32,000 nt of DNA from Wolbachia endosymbiont of Cimex lectularius. Lineage in GTDB: Bacteria; Pseudomonadota; Alphaproteobacteria; Rickettsiales; Anaplasmataceae. This document shows positions 18,390 through 27,349 of the stretch, piece by piece; the first letter of the stretch is position 1; each line of letters begins with the position of its first letter. The notes under the pieces are model-generated. The model did no database searches, was not told where the DNA came from, and saw nothing but the letters and a program-made list of their open reading frames with translations. Location: positions 930,001 to 962,000 of the forward strand of contig NZ_AP013028.1 in NCBI RefSeq assembly GCF_000829315.1, written 5' to 3'. A program made the position numbers and the translations under genes.

Positions 18390-19550
18390 TTGAAAATTAG
18401 TATGTCAGAGGTTGCGGGTGTAGAAATCAAAGAGCAAGCTGTGTGTGAGCAAATGTGTTTTAGCGTGAGCCGCGCAAGTCTTTTAAATACATTATCAAGA
18501 GTGAGCGGGGTGGTTGAAAGGCGTAACGCGATAGATGTTTTAGCATGTATAAATATCAAAGCACAACATGGCAGCATAAAACTAAAGGCTACCGATCTTG
18601 ACATTTCAATATTTGCCTCACTTGCTGTAAATGTGTCAGCGGAAGGAGAAGTAAAAATCTCAGCACATACTTTGCACGACATAGTGAAGAAGTTGCCAAT
18701 TGATTTGGATATTAATTTCGAAATGAACGATCAAGGGAAATTATTGATATCTTGTGGAAATGCAAACTTTTCTTTACCGAATGTAGTTTCAAATAACTTT
18801 CCTGTCCTTGAAGAAGGGGATCATAAATATGATTTTACTCTGCTGAGTGCAGATTTGGTAGACTTATTAACTAAAACGAAGTTTGCTGTATCACTAGATG
18901 ATACAAGATACAATTTGAATGGGATATACCTGCATACAGATGAGCAATTTCTGTACTGCGTTGCAACCGATGGTCACCGTTTATCACGTATAAAGAGGCC
19001 TAAACCTGAAAATATCAACGGCGAATTTGGTGTGACAATTCCACGTAAAACTGTCATGGAACTGCTAAAGGTATTGGATGATTGTAATGAAATTAATATA
19101 AAGCTCTCAGATAGAAAAATCAAATTCACATGTGGTGAGTATATTCTAATATCAAAATTAATAGATGGAACTTTTCCAGATTATAAAACTGTTATTCCGG
19201 CATCTCAAGATAAACAAATGGTTGTTGAGAGTGGTAAGCTAGCTAGCGTTATAGATCGGGTTTCCGTTGTTGTGTCCGATAAAATAAAATCCATTAGGTT
19301 TTCGTTACAAGAAAAATTATTAACTCTAAACTCAAACTCTCAAGAGTGCAGTGATGCAACTGAATCCATAGAGGTAGATTATAATGAAACTCCTATGGAA
19401 ATAGGGTTTAATTCACGCTATTTGCTTGACGCTTTATCTTGCATAAAAAACAAATGTAAGTTTAGCTTGTCAGATGGCAATGGTGCTACAATTATCACTG
19501 ATGAAGATGATCCAAATGCATTGTATATAGTAATGCCAATGAGGACTTAA
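18390..19550 (+). CDS. dnaN: DNA polymerase III subunit beta
   Basis: Sliding-clamp pattern (LKATDLDISI, ATDGHRLS, LIDGTFPDYKTVIP, GFNSRYLLDAL). The true start may be the ATG at 18402 or 18453 rather than the TTG at 18390. Confidence 0.9.
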   Translation: MKISMSEVAGVEIKEQAVCEQMCFSVSRASLLNTLSRVSGVVERRNAIDVLACINIKAQHGSIKLKATDLDISIFASLAVNVSAEGEVKISAHTLHDIVKKLPIDLDINFEMNDQGKLLISCGNANFSLPNVVSNNFPVLEEGDHKYDFTLLSADLVDLLTKTKFAVSLDDTRYNLNGIYLHTDEQFLYCVATDGHRLSRIKRPKPENINGEFGVTIPRKTVMELLKVLDDCNEINIKLSDRKIKFTCGEYILISKLIDGTFPDYKTVIPASQDKQMVVESGKLASVIDRVSVVVSDKIKSIRFSLQEKLLTLNSNSQECSDATESIEVDYNETPMEIGFNSRYLLDALSCIKNKCKFSLSDGNGATIITDEDDPNALYIVMPMRT

Positions 19551-19551
19551 G

Positions 19552-20289
19552 CTAGTAATCTATCTTTACCAAATATAAACCGCAAGGTGGTGCAGTAACT
19601 CCAGCAGCATTTCTTTTGCGCTTATTTAATATATTTAGCATTTCTTGTGGATTAGTTTTATTTTTTCCGAATTTAACCAAAGTACCGACAATGATCCTCA
19701 CTTGATTATGTAAAAAAGAAATAGCAGATATCTTGATGTATATATGACTCCCATTTTGTACTATCTCGATATCATCAATCGTTCTTACCGGATTTGCAGC
19801 TTGACAGTCTTTTGAGCGGAAACTTGAAAGGTTGTGCTTTCCAAGCAGATGTTTAGCCGCTTCACGCATGATGTTTACGTCAAGTGGGTTAAATATTTGC
19901 CATACATAACCGGCTTCCAAAGCTGCAGGAGCATAGCGGTTAATTATTCTATATTCATAGTGTCTTTTTTTTGCTAAGAATCGCGCGTGAAACTCATCGT
20001 CTACAACTTCTACATTGAGCACGACCACGGGAATCGATTTTAAGTGATAATTTATTGCGTTCCTTATTCTGTAAAGCTCAAATTCCCTCTCCATATCAAA
20101 ATGAGCAACTTGTCCTAAAGCATGAACTCCCGCATCAGTCCTGCCACCGCAGTATAAAGTGACTTTCTCGCCACTGAAATTAAATATAGCATTTTCTATG
20201 GTCTCCTGGATTGAGTTAGCAGAATGTTGCTGTTTCTGCCAACCAGAGAAACTACTACCATTATACTCTATCGTTATTTTGTATCGCAC
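19552..20289 (-). CDS. truA: tRNA pseudouridine(38-40) synthase
   Basis: MRYKITIEYNGSSFSGWQKQ, the catalytic motif GGRTDAGVHALGQVAHF and FLHNQVR. Confidence 0.9.
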   Translation of the reverse strand: MRYKITIEYNGSSFSGWQKQQHSANSIQETIENAIFNFSGEKVTLYCGGRTDAGVHALGQVAHFDMEREFELYRIRNAINYHLKSIPVVVLNVEVVDDEFHARFLAKKRHYEYRIINRYAPAALEAGYVWQIFNPLDVNIMREAAKHLLGKHNLSSFRSKDCQAANPVRTIDDIEIVQNGSHIYIKISAISFLHNQVRIIVGTLVKFGKNKTNPQEMLNILNKRKRNAAGVTAPPCGLYLVKIDY

Positions 20290-20339
20290 TGCAAAATCTA
20301 TCTAATTTTCTATCTTATACCAAATCTCGCTGATAATAA

Positions 20340-21200
20340 GAACCTGTTTAAAATCTTGGAAATGTGAGGTAAAGTAAGCATAGATTAATAATGAGGTGTC
20401 TATGCAGAAAAGTTATCCAAGTAATATAAGTCAAGAGCAGTTTGAAAAAATCAGGCCAATTTTGGAGAGTAGCAAGCAGAAAACAAAACCAAGAAAACTT
20501 GATTTGTATGACGTATTTTGTGGGGTGTTGTACGTCTTAAAAAGTGGTTGTCAGTGGAGGATGTTACCAAAGGGTTTTCCAAGATGGGAAAGCGTATATT
20601 ACTATTTTCGAGTGTGGAGTAAAAAGAATGGAGAAGAGCCAAGCTTGTTGGAATTAGTCTTAAAAAAAATTAGTTGGAGAGGTCCGTATCAGCAATGGTC
20701 GGAAAGAGAAAACTAGCTTTTATATAATTGATTCTCAAAGCGTTAAAAACGCAGATACTGCTGAAAAAAAAAGGCTATGATGCAGGTAAAAAGATTTCAG
20801 GGATAAAGCGCCATATTGCAGTTGATACACAAGGTTTGCCACATGCAATTTATGTAACAACGGCAGAAGCAACTGACCGTAGCAGTGCTGTGAAAATGGT
20901 CGAAAATGCTAAAGCAAACCTCTCTGAAGTTAAAAACATACTGGTTGATGCTGGCTACACAGGAGAAAATTTTGCAACACAAATAAAAGCTATCATTGGT
21001 GCGACTGTTGAAGTAATAAAGCGAAGTGAGTTACACACTTTCGTCGTATTGCCAAAAAGATGGGTTGTTGAACGCTCTTTTGCCTGGTTAGAAAAGTGCA
21101 GGCGATTGTGGAAAAATTGCGAGCGGAAGCTCAACACTAGCTTACAGATGATAGTCCTCTCCTTCATTTCTCTCCTGTTACGAAGATTTTAAACAGGTTC
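20340..21200 (+). mobile_element. IS5-family insertion sequence, copy 2 (861 bp)
   Basis: Same termini as copy 1. Flanking triplets differ (TAA at 20337-20339, TTA at 21201-21203). Confidence 0.9.
20396..21192 (+). CDS. IS5-family transposase, split over three frames (OrfA 20396-20716; short middle frame; OrfB 20728-21192)
   Basis: As copy 1, but the second A-run is A9 (20764-20772). The IIDSQSVK segment with the first catalytic D and the GYDAGKK...DDE remainder therefore lie in different frames. Confidence 0.8.
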
Positions 21201-21671
21201 TTACAGATACTCGAAAGGCCACAACCTTCTAATAACTCACTTTTAGGCAAAGAATATTTACAAAGGCAAGTGTATAGAAAAAAAGAGCAATTACTCAAAT
21301 TAGTTTCAGGTATTCCCATACAACAACCTTCTCCACAGCCTGAAAACGTTTCTCATGAAAGTGGAAATCCTTTACCAAATAAAACCACAAGCCCTTCACC
21401 AGTAACAAGTACAACTCCACTAGCTACTAAAACTGCTTTCAAACCGTTGTTAAAAATCGTGTTTTCTTCGAAAAGGACTTATTTTTGTCTATTGTTGATA
21501 GCATCCTCTATATCAACACTCTGCCTGTGGCATTTGCCGCTGGGAAAAGTGTCAATTTTAAAGGGATTAGTGCCACCAGAGAAAAGAGAAAGTGTTGGGC
21601 TGGCATTGAATAGGGTTACCAATACTAGCCACATTATGTGTTCTGAGTTTGGCTTATTTTATATATTCTAA
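21201..21671 (+). pseudogene. 5'-truncated ORF abutting IS copy 2 (P/S/T-rich linker plus hydrophobic segment)
   Basis: The frame of ORF 21270-21671 stays open upstream to the IS boundary at 21201 with no ATG. The track start at 21270 is a GTG. The upstream part of the gene is absent from the other flank of the IS. Confidence 0.45.
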
Positions 21672-21780
21672 ATATTCGGTAGAATCTATTGAGCAGGTAG
21701 GTGAAAACAAGCCTCTTGCTCCCACTTAATGGGTAGCTATTTTAAAAGATTTTTTGTGATAAAATCATTTATTTTACTGT

Positions 21781-22377
21781 ATGTTTAAAGGAATTATTAC
21801 AGATATTGGAACTGTAATTGATATCAAGACTTGCTCTAACTCCGATCAAATCTTCCATATCAAAGCACAAAACTTACTCTCTATAAATAGAGGAGATTCA
21901 ATAGCCTGCTCTGGTGTGTGTTTAACTGTCGTTGACATAATTAACGATGTATTCACAGTTCAAGTGTCTCAAGAAACCATGAAGGTTACTAACCTAAATA
22001 ATTGGAAAGTAGGAAAGAAAATAAACCTAGAACAAGCAATGAGACTGAGTGATAGAATCGATGGCCACCTAGTCCAGGGTCATGTAGATAAGACAGTACA
22101 AATTTTTGCAATCAACCAAAATTTGGATTCTCATGAAATCAAGCTGTCGTGCTCACAAGAGTTAATTAAATTTGTTGCAAAAAAGGGATCTGTGACGCTA
22201 GATGGAGTTTCTCTCACAGTAAATTCAGTTACCAACCAAGAATTTGTTGTCAATATCATTCCCTACACATGGCAAAACACAACTTTCCAGTATAACAAAG
22301 TGGATGATTATCTAAATTTAGAAGTCGACATGATCGCTAGATATTTAGACCAGTTGATGCAGCATAGATACAATTAA
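21781..22377 (+). CDS. ribE: Riboflavin synthase (alpha chain)
   Basis: MFKGIITDIGTV start and duplicated lumazine-binding repeats (GDSIACSGVCLTV; GSVTLDGVSLTV). Confidence 0.9.
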   Translation: MFKGIITDIGTVIDIKTCSNSDQIFHIKAQNLLSINRGDSIACSGVCLTVVDIINDVFTVQVSQETMKVTNLNNWKVGKKINLEQAMRLSDRIDGHLVQGHVDKTVQIFAINQNLDSHEIKLSCSQELIKFVAKKGSVTLDGVSLTVNSVTNQEFVVNIIPYTWQNTTFQYNKVDDYLNLEVDMIARYLDQLMQHRYN

Positions 22378-22433
22378 TTTTACAATTTCGTTGTTTGCAA
22401 TTATTATATCTTGAAAACCATATAATATGTAGT

Positions 22434-23024
22434 ATGCTCTTCGATTGTATAATTATTTTCATTATTGTTGTATGCGTAATAATCTCGGTAACTAGAGGCT
22501 TTATAAAAGAGTTATGCGCACTAATGTTTTTGTTTTTGTCGGTTTTTCTGACAGCTAATCATTATGATTTCTTCGCAATAAATTATAGTAAATACTTTGA
22601 TTCTAAAGCTACACAGAACATACTTTCTACAATTTCTGTATTTATTATACTCAACCTTATATTTATGATAGTAAACAACTGGCTGATGTATATATTATCA
22701 CCCATAAGGTTGGGGTTAATCGATAGAGTGACCGGAATCCTTGTCGGAGCGCTCAGAGGAGTATTGCTTTCTTATGTACTATTCTTTGCCGTGCACTTAT
22801 ATTGCTACACGGCGTATGACAAAAAAGAGGAGCAGTCTAAAATAGAAGCAGAAGACATATTGCCTAATTGGATAATAAATTCGCACTCTTACCAGGCTTT
22901 ATTTTCAACAGTAGAAGATATAGTTGATGTGTATATACCGGAGTCGTTGATACTAAAAATAAAAGAGATTGGCGAAGGAATGGTTGACCAAGAAAAGCCT
23001 GAAGGTGATAAAAAAGAAGAGTAA
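22434..23024 (+). CDS. CvpA-family membrane protein
   Basis: The N-terminal pattern D.IIIFIIV..VI.SV.RGFIKEL and multiple TM segments are typical of CvpA. The ATG at 22434 is preferred over the TTG at 22395. Confidence 0.75.
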   Translation: MLFDCIIIFIIVVCVIISVTRGFIKELCALMFLFLSVFLTANHYDFFAINYSKYFDSKATQNILSTISVFIILNLIFMIVNNWLMYILSPIRLGLIDRVTGILVGALRGVLLSYVLFFAVHLYCYTAYDKKEEQSKIEAEDILPNWIINSHSYQALFSTVEDIVDVYIPESLILKIKEIGEGMVDQEKPEGDKKEE

Positions 23025-23033
23025 TACCCATGC

Positions 23034-23791
23034 TTATAAGGCAACCTCTGGTGACTTTCGGGAACACTCTACGTCTTTTACTTCCTCAAGTTTGGTACTA
23101 GGCTTTAAAACATTATACAATGCAAAACTCATGCATGCCAGCCCAACAACCCCTCCAACCACCGCTATGATGTGCATCTTCAAAGCATAAGATGCAATAC
23201 TACTTACTAATAACGCTGTACCAGCACCACCAGCTATGATTGCTTGTTTTTGCTGCGGTACTCTTGTTAACGGCTTTTTGTTTACGGTGTTTTCTTTGGC
23301 AGGTTCACTGTAAGAGCGCGTTTCTGTTTGATTTTCTGTCTCAGTGGAAGATGAAGTATTGGTTTTATCCGTGAGAGCACTCAGCTTTTGCGTAGCAGTT
23401 TCTGTTGAAGTAGTGGTACTATCTTTTTCATTTTTTTCGTTAGTAACTTCAGCATTATCAGAATCTTTGCTATTTTCACAAGTTGGTGTATCAGTTTCTA
23501 TTGCAGGAGTAGTGAGCAGGGTATCTTTTGTGATAAATTCGGCTTTTAAAGCGCGTGTGCTCGCTACACCGTCCTTATATTTAACAGCACTAAAAGTACG
23601 TATCAACTCTCCTTGACTACCTAAATACTCTAAGGTCATTAGTTCATTAGAAATTTGCTCGAAAAGCTGGTGTTCTTTGGCTTTTTCAAGAATATCATTT
23701 ATAGCTTTTTCATTGTCGTGCAGCACAGCATGATGTAGTAGTGTAAACGTTTCTTTTATACCTTCGTGTTCGCGAACTATTTTTGTTGTTA
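23034..23791 (-). pseudogene. C-terminal fragment of an ankyrin-like, C-terminally membrane-anchored protein gene split by IS copy 3
   Basis: The frame of ORF 23034-23726 is open upstream to the IS boundary (reads ...TTKIVREHEGIKETFTLLHHAVLHDNEKAINDILEKA, an ANK-like repeat). The C-terminus has two hydrophobic helices. Confidence 0.7.
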
Positions 23792-24652
23792 GAACCTGTT
23801 TAAAATCTTCGTAACAGGAGAGAAATGAAGGAGAGGACTATCATCTGTAAGCTAGTGTTGAGCTTCCGCTCGCAATTTTTCCACAATCGCCTGCACTTTT
23901 CTAACCAGGCAAAAGAGCGTTCAACAACCCATCTTTTTGGCAATACGACGAAAGTGTGTAACTCACTTCGCTTTATTACTTCAATAGTCGCACCAATGAT
24001 AGCTTTTATTTGTGTTGCAAAATTTTCTCCTGTGTAGCCAGCATCAACCAGTATGTTTTTAACTTCAGAGAGGTTTGCTTTAGCATTTTCGACCATTTTC
24101 ACAGCACTGCTACGGTCAGTTGCTTCTGCCGTTGTTACATAAATTGCATGTGGCAAACCTTGTGTATCAACTGCAATATGGCGCTTTATCCCTGAAATCT
24201 TTTTACCTGCATCATAGCCTTTTTTTTTTAGCAGTATCTGCGTTTTTAACGCTTTGAGAATCAATTATACAAAAGCTAGTTTTCTCTTTCCGACCATTGC
24301 TGATACGGACCTCTCCAACTAATTTTTTTTAAGACTAATTCCAACAAGCTTGGCTCTTCTCTATTCTTTTTACTCCACACTCGAAAATAGTAATATACGC
24401 TTTCCCATCTTGGAAAACCCTTTGGTAACATCCTCCACTGACAACCACTTTTTAAGACGTACAACACCCCACAAAATACGTCATACAAATCAAGTTTTCT
24501 TGGTTTTGTTTTCTGCTTGCTACTCTCCAAAATTGGCCTGATTTTTTCAAACTGCTCTTGACTTATATTACTTGGATAACTTTTCTGCATAGACACCTCA
24601 TTATTAATCTATGCTTACTTTACCTCACATTTCCAAGATTTTAAACAGGTTC
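23792..24652 (-). mobile_element. IS5-family insertion sequence, copy 3 (861 bp, inverted relative to copies 1 and 2)
   Basis: Same termini. Flanked by TTA at 23789-23791 and 24653-24655 on the plus strand, which reads TAA in the IS orientation. Confidence 0.9.
23800..24596 (-). CDS. IS5-family transposase, split frames (OrfA 24276-24596; OrfB 23800-24264)
   Basis: Differs from copy 2 by one residue in OrfA (G to R) and one in OrfB (V to I). The second homopolymer is a 10-nt run (24220-24229) because of a G-to-A change, with the same total length as copy 2. Confidence 0.8.
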
Positions 24653-24827
24653 TTAGAATTTTTTGCGTGTTATAACTAGATTTCTTGAATTTTTCAGCAA
24701 TATCTTTTCCTTCTTCTATCTTTTTCGCTAGCTTAAAAATCTTTTTTTTATCTTTCTCTGTTAACTCACCTTTATCATCCACTAATTCATAAATTATATC
24801 ATTTTTAGAATTTTCTAGTCTTGCCAT
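24653..24827 (-). pseudogene. N-terminal fragment (58 codons) of the gene split by IS copy 3
   Basis: ORF 24615-24827 starts MARLENSKND... and reads native sequence to ...YNTQKIL, then continues into IS sequence (RTCLKSWKCEVK). Confidence 0.7.
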
Positions 24828-25109
24828 AGCGTGTTTCTTTTTCTACAATATCTGCTTTTATAAATTAGTTATGTTAACAACACATGAATGCCAATTAAGG
24901 CACCAATCCATGGGGTTTTCTCAATTGTTTGCCCCCATAACTTCAATATCTTTTTTTAGATTAACCATCTTTGGAAAAAAATTCAGCTACATCAGCCTAC
25001 CTAAAAAGTATTTTGCCTTTGAACGTAGAAACTCTAGAACATTATTTTTAACATTGCTGCAAGAGCTGAAAATCCTGTAGTATATTAAAGCTCAAGGGTG
25101 TATTTAAGT

Positions 25110-25559
25110 ATGGAAGTTATAGCAGAAAATAGAAAAGCAAGGTTTGAATACTTCATCTTAGAAGAATTTGAAGCAGGTATGGTCCTACTAAGTAGTGAAG
25201 TTAAATCGCTGAGGGAAAGAAAAGCAAACATTTCTGACGCTTACGTTATCAAAAAAAACGGTGAAATATGGCTGCACAATATGTACATTGCAGAATATAA
25301 AGCTGCAAACAAAAGAAACCATAAGCCGAAAAGGGAACGTAAATTACTTCTGCATAAAAAAGAGATAAATAAACTAATTGGCCAGATTAAAACTGCTGGA
25401 ATAACTGTTGTGCCACTTTCGATTTATTTCAATGACAAAGGATTGGCGAAAACTAAAATTGCCATTGCAAAAGGAAAAAAACTCTATGATAAGAGAGCAA
25501 CCATAAAACAGAGAGAGTGGGATCGTGAGAAAAGTAGATTGTCTAAGAATGATTTGTAG
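25110..25559 (+). CDS. smpB: SsrA-binding protein
   Basis: [33 protein letters not shown] and the basic C-terminal tail. The ATG at 25110 is preferred over the GTG at 25098. Confidence 0.9.
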   Translation: MEVIAENRKARFEYFILEEFEAGMVLLSSEVKSLRERKANISDAYVIKKNGEIWLHNMYIAEYKAANKRNHKPKRERKLLLHKKEINKLIGQIKTAGITVVPLSIYFNDKGLAKTKIAIAKGKKLYDKRATIKQREWDREKSRLSKNDL

Positions 25560-25565
25560 CAAGGT

Positions 25566-26354
25566 ATGTCTTTAAATCCAGTAATTTTCAGCATCGGTCC
25601 TGTCTCTATATATTGGTATTCTTTGGCATATGTTCTGGGCATAGTGTTTGCATATTGGTATTTACACAAATTGGACAACCAAAAAATATTTACCAAGAGT
25701 TTTTACGATTCATTGTTAACAGCCACTATTGCAGGTATTATCCTTGGAGGCAGACTTGGCTACGTGTTGATATACGATCCAGTTTTTTATATAAGCAATC
25801 CTATCGAGATACTGAAAACCTGGGGGGGAGGAATGTCATTTCACGGTGGCGCCATAGGAGTTTTGTGTGCGGTGATAATTTCGTGCAAAAGACATAACAT
25901 TCCTATATTTTACACACTGGATCTAATTTCCTGCGGAGTTCCCATAGGCTTATTTTTCGGTCGCATAGGCAACTTTATAAACGGAGAGTTATTTGGCAGA
26001 GTTACAACTGTGTCATGGGGCATGGTATTTCCAGAAAGTGGTGATAATTTGCTACGCCACCCAAGTCAGCTCTATGAGGCATCTTTCGAAGGATTGCTAT
26101 TTTTTGCAGCTATAAATTCACTGTTTTTCTTGACTAGAATAAGGCTATATCGCGGTGCATTAACTGGTATTGCAATTATGTGGTATGGAATAGTGCGTTT
26201 TATAGTTGAGTTTTTCCGCGAACCAGACTACCAAGTTGGCTATTTATGGCTTGATTTGACCATGGGGCAGTTGCTTTCAGTACCTATGGTTTTGCTGGGA
26301 ATAACCATATGTCTGAGCGCATTAAATCTGAAATTTGCGGAGAAATTGCAATAG
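25566..26354 (+). CDS. lgt: Prolipoprotein diacylglyceryl transferase
   Basis: Polytopic ORF with YWYSLAY, GGRLGYV, GGMSFHGG, GRIGNFINGEL and HPSQLYE motifs. Confidence 0.9.
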   Translation: MSLNPVIFSIGPVSIYWYSLAYVLGIVFAYWYLHKLDNQKIFTKSFYDSLLTATIAGIILGGRLGYVLIYDPVFYISNPIEILKTWGGGMSFHGGAIGVLCAVIISCKRHNIPIFYTLDLISCGVPIGLFFGRIGNFINGELFGRVTTVSWGMVFPESGDNLLRHPSQLYEASFEGLLFFAAINSLFFLTRIRLYRGALTGIAIMWYGIVRFIVEFFREPDYQVGYLWLDLTMGQLLSVPMVLLGITICLSALNLKFAEKLQ

Positions 26355-26387
26355 TTCCTGCATAGTTTTTAGCAGCATGCTAGACAT

Positions 26388-26853
26388 ATAGAAACAAAAA
26401 AACTACTTGACAAGTTCCTCCAAACCCATTATCATAAGGTTGAAGCTATTATTTATTTTCAGTCTGTGCAGATTAAACGACAAAAAAGCTTAGCATATCT
26501 GGCGTACCATGTTTAAATTTTTGCACTATGTGCACCTCACGTCTTTTTAAAACTTCTGGTTTTTTACCTATACAAGCTCAAACGTGCTTATAAGTCGTTT
26601 AAAACATAAAAAAACGCCAATATTATAAGATAGATAGTAAATAACTAGCTACCGGGGTTTCTTTTGTTGTTTTTTCTGTTTAGTAATTTTTTTAAACGTT
26701 TGCAGCTAAGGTTAGTTGCATTAAAAAGCAGCTAAGTCGCATTCATCAAGCGTTTAGAATAAAAAAAACGCCGATATTTCGACACAAAAGTAAATAACTA
26801 GCCACCACGGGGTTTCTTTTGCTGTTTTTTCTTGCTTGGTAAAATTCTTAAAC
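26388..26853 (+). repeat. Promoter-bearing intergenic repeat, copy B, with its 3' module duplicated in tandem
   Basis: The 5' end matches copy A. The 3' core TAAATAACTAGC(T/C)ACC..GGGGTTTCTTTTG.TGTTTTTTCT occurs twice (about 26637-26690 and 26791-26847, roughly 154 bp apart). Confidence 0.6.
26407..26435 (+). promoter_or_regulatory. Near-consensus sigma70-type promoter inside repeat copy B
   Basis: TTGACA (26407-26412), 17-nt spacer, TATCAT (26430-26435). It is positionally homologous to the promoter in copy A. Confidence 0.5.
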
Positions 26854-27282
26854 ACAAAGGTTATACCAATTTTCGTTATCAAACAAGATACATAATAAAT
26901 TCGCTAAACTTCTAATCGTAGGGAAACTTTTTAATTTGTCCTATTACCATTGGTATTAGACAATATACCTTGTAACCTACGCGAACTTTTGTCTATAGTA
27001 ATTTAATACAACGCAAAACCAGCTATATTAGCCTACTTCTACCACGTTTAGATATGAACCAATTTGCCTAACTTTGCTGCAACAGTTTTACGTTTCTATT
27101 TTCACAACCTTATTTTTACCCGGCTTGTTCTCACAAATATAGGTACTTTTTTGCGGTTTTTGGGAAAGTAAATAATCAAATTTATTGTGATGCTAGTTCG
27201 TAGCATGTTTACTTATTAATCAAGCTACAGTAAGCTAAAATAATTACTAATAATTTTACGCAAAATATAAAAATAATAAATC

Positions 27283-27311
27283 TTGACTTTCTTATTAAAG
27301 TATGCGATAAT
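27283..27311 (+). promoter_or_regulatory. Putative promoter of the ankyrin/TM locus
   Basis: TTGACT (27283-27288), 17-nt spacer, GATAAT (27306-27311). GGAGAAGG lies just upstream of the ATG at 27350. Confidence 0.4.
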
Positions 27312-27349
27312 TAAATCCTATGATTATTTTTTAATAGGAGAAGGTAGTT

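Noticed and set aside
20340-24652. Hypothesis that the segment between IS copies 2 and 3 has already been inverted
   Set aside because: Flank-triplet bookkeeping does not fit a single inversion, because it would fix copy 2 but break copy 3. The in-frame ORF restoration across copy 3 supports the current arrangement.
24871-25080. 69-aa plus-strand ORF upstream of smpB
   Set aside because: No RBS and a low-complexity sequence. It sits in the divergent promoter region between the split ANK gene and smpB.
24828-25097. tmRNA (ssrA) or another housekeeping ncRNA near smpB, or in the 26355-27349 gap
   Set aside because: I looked for tRNA-like acceptor/T-arm motifs (GGTTCGA-type) and for 4.5S-like conserved strings and saw none. 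A covariance-model scan would be needed to exclude them fully.
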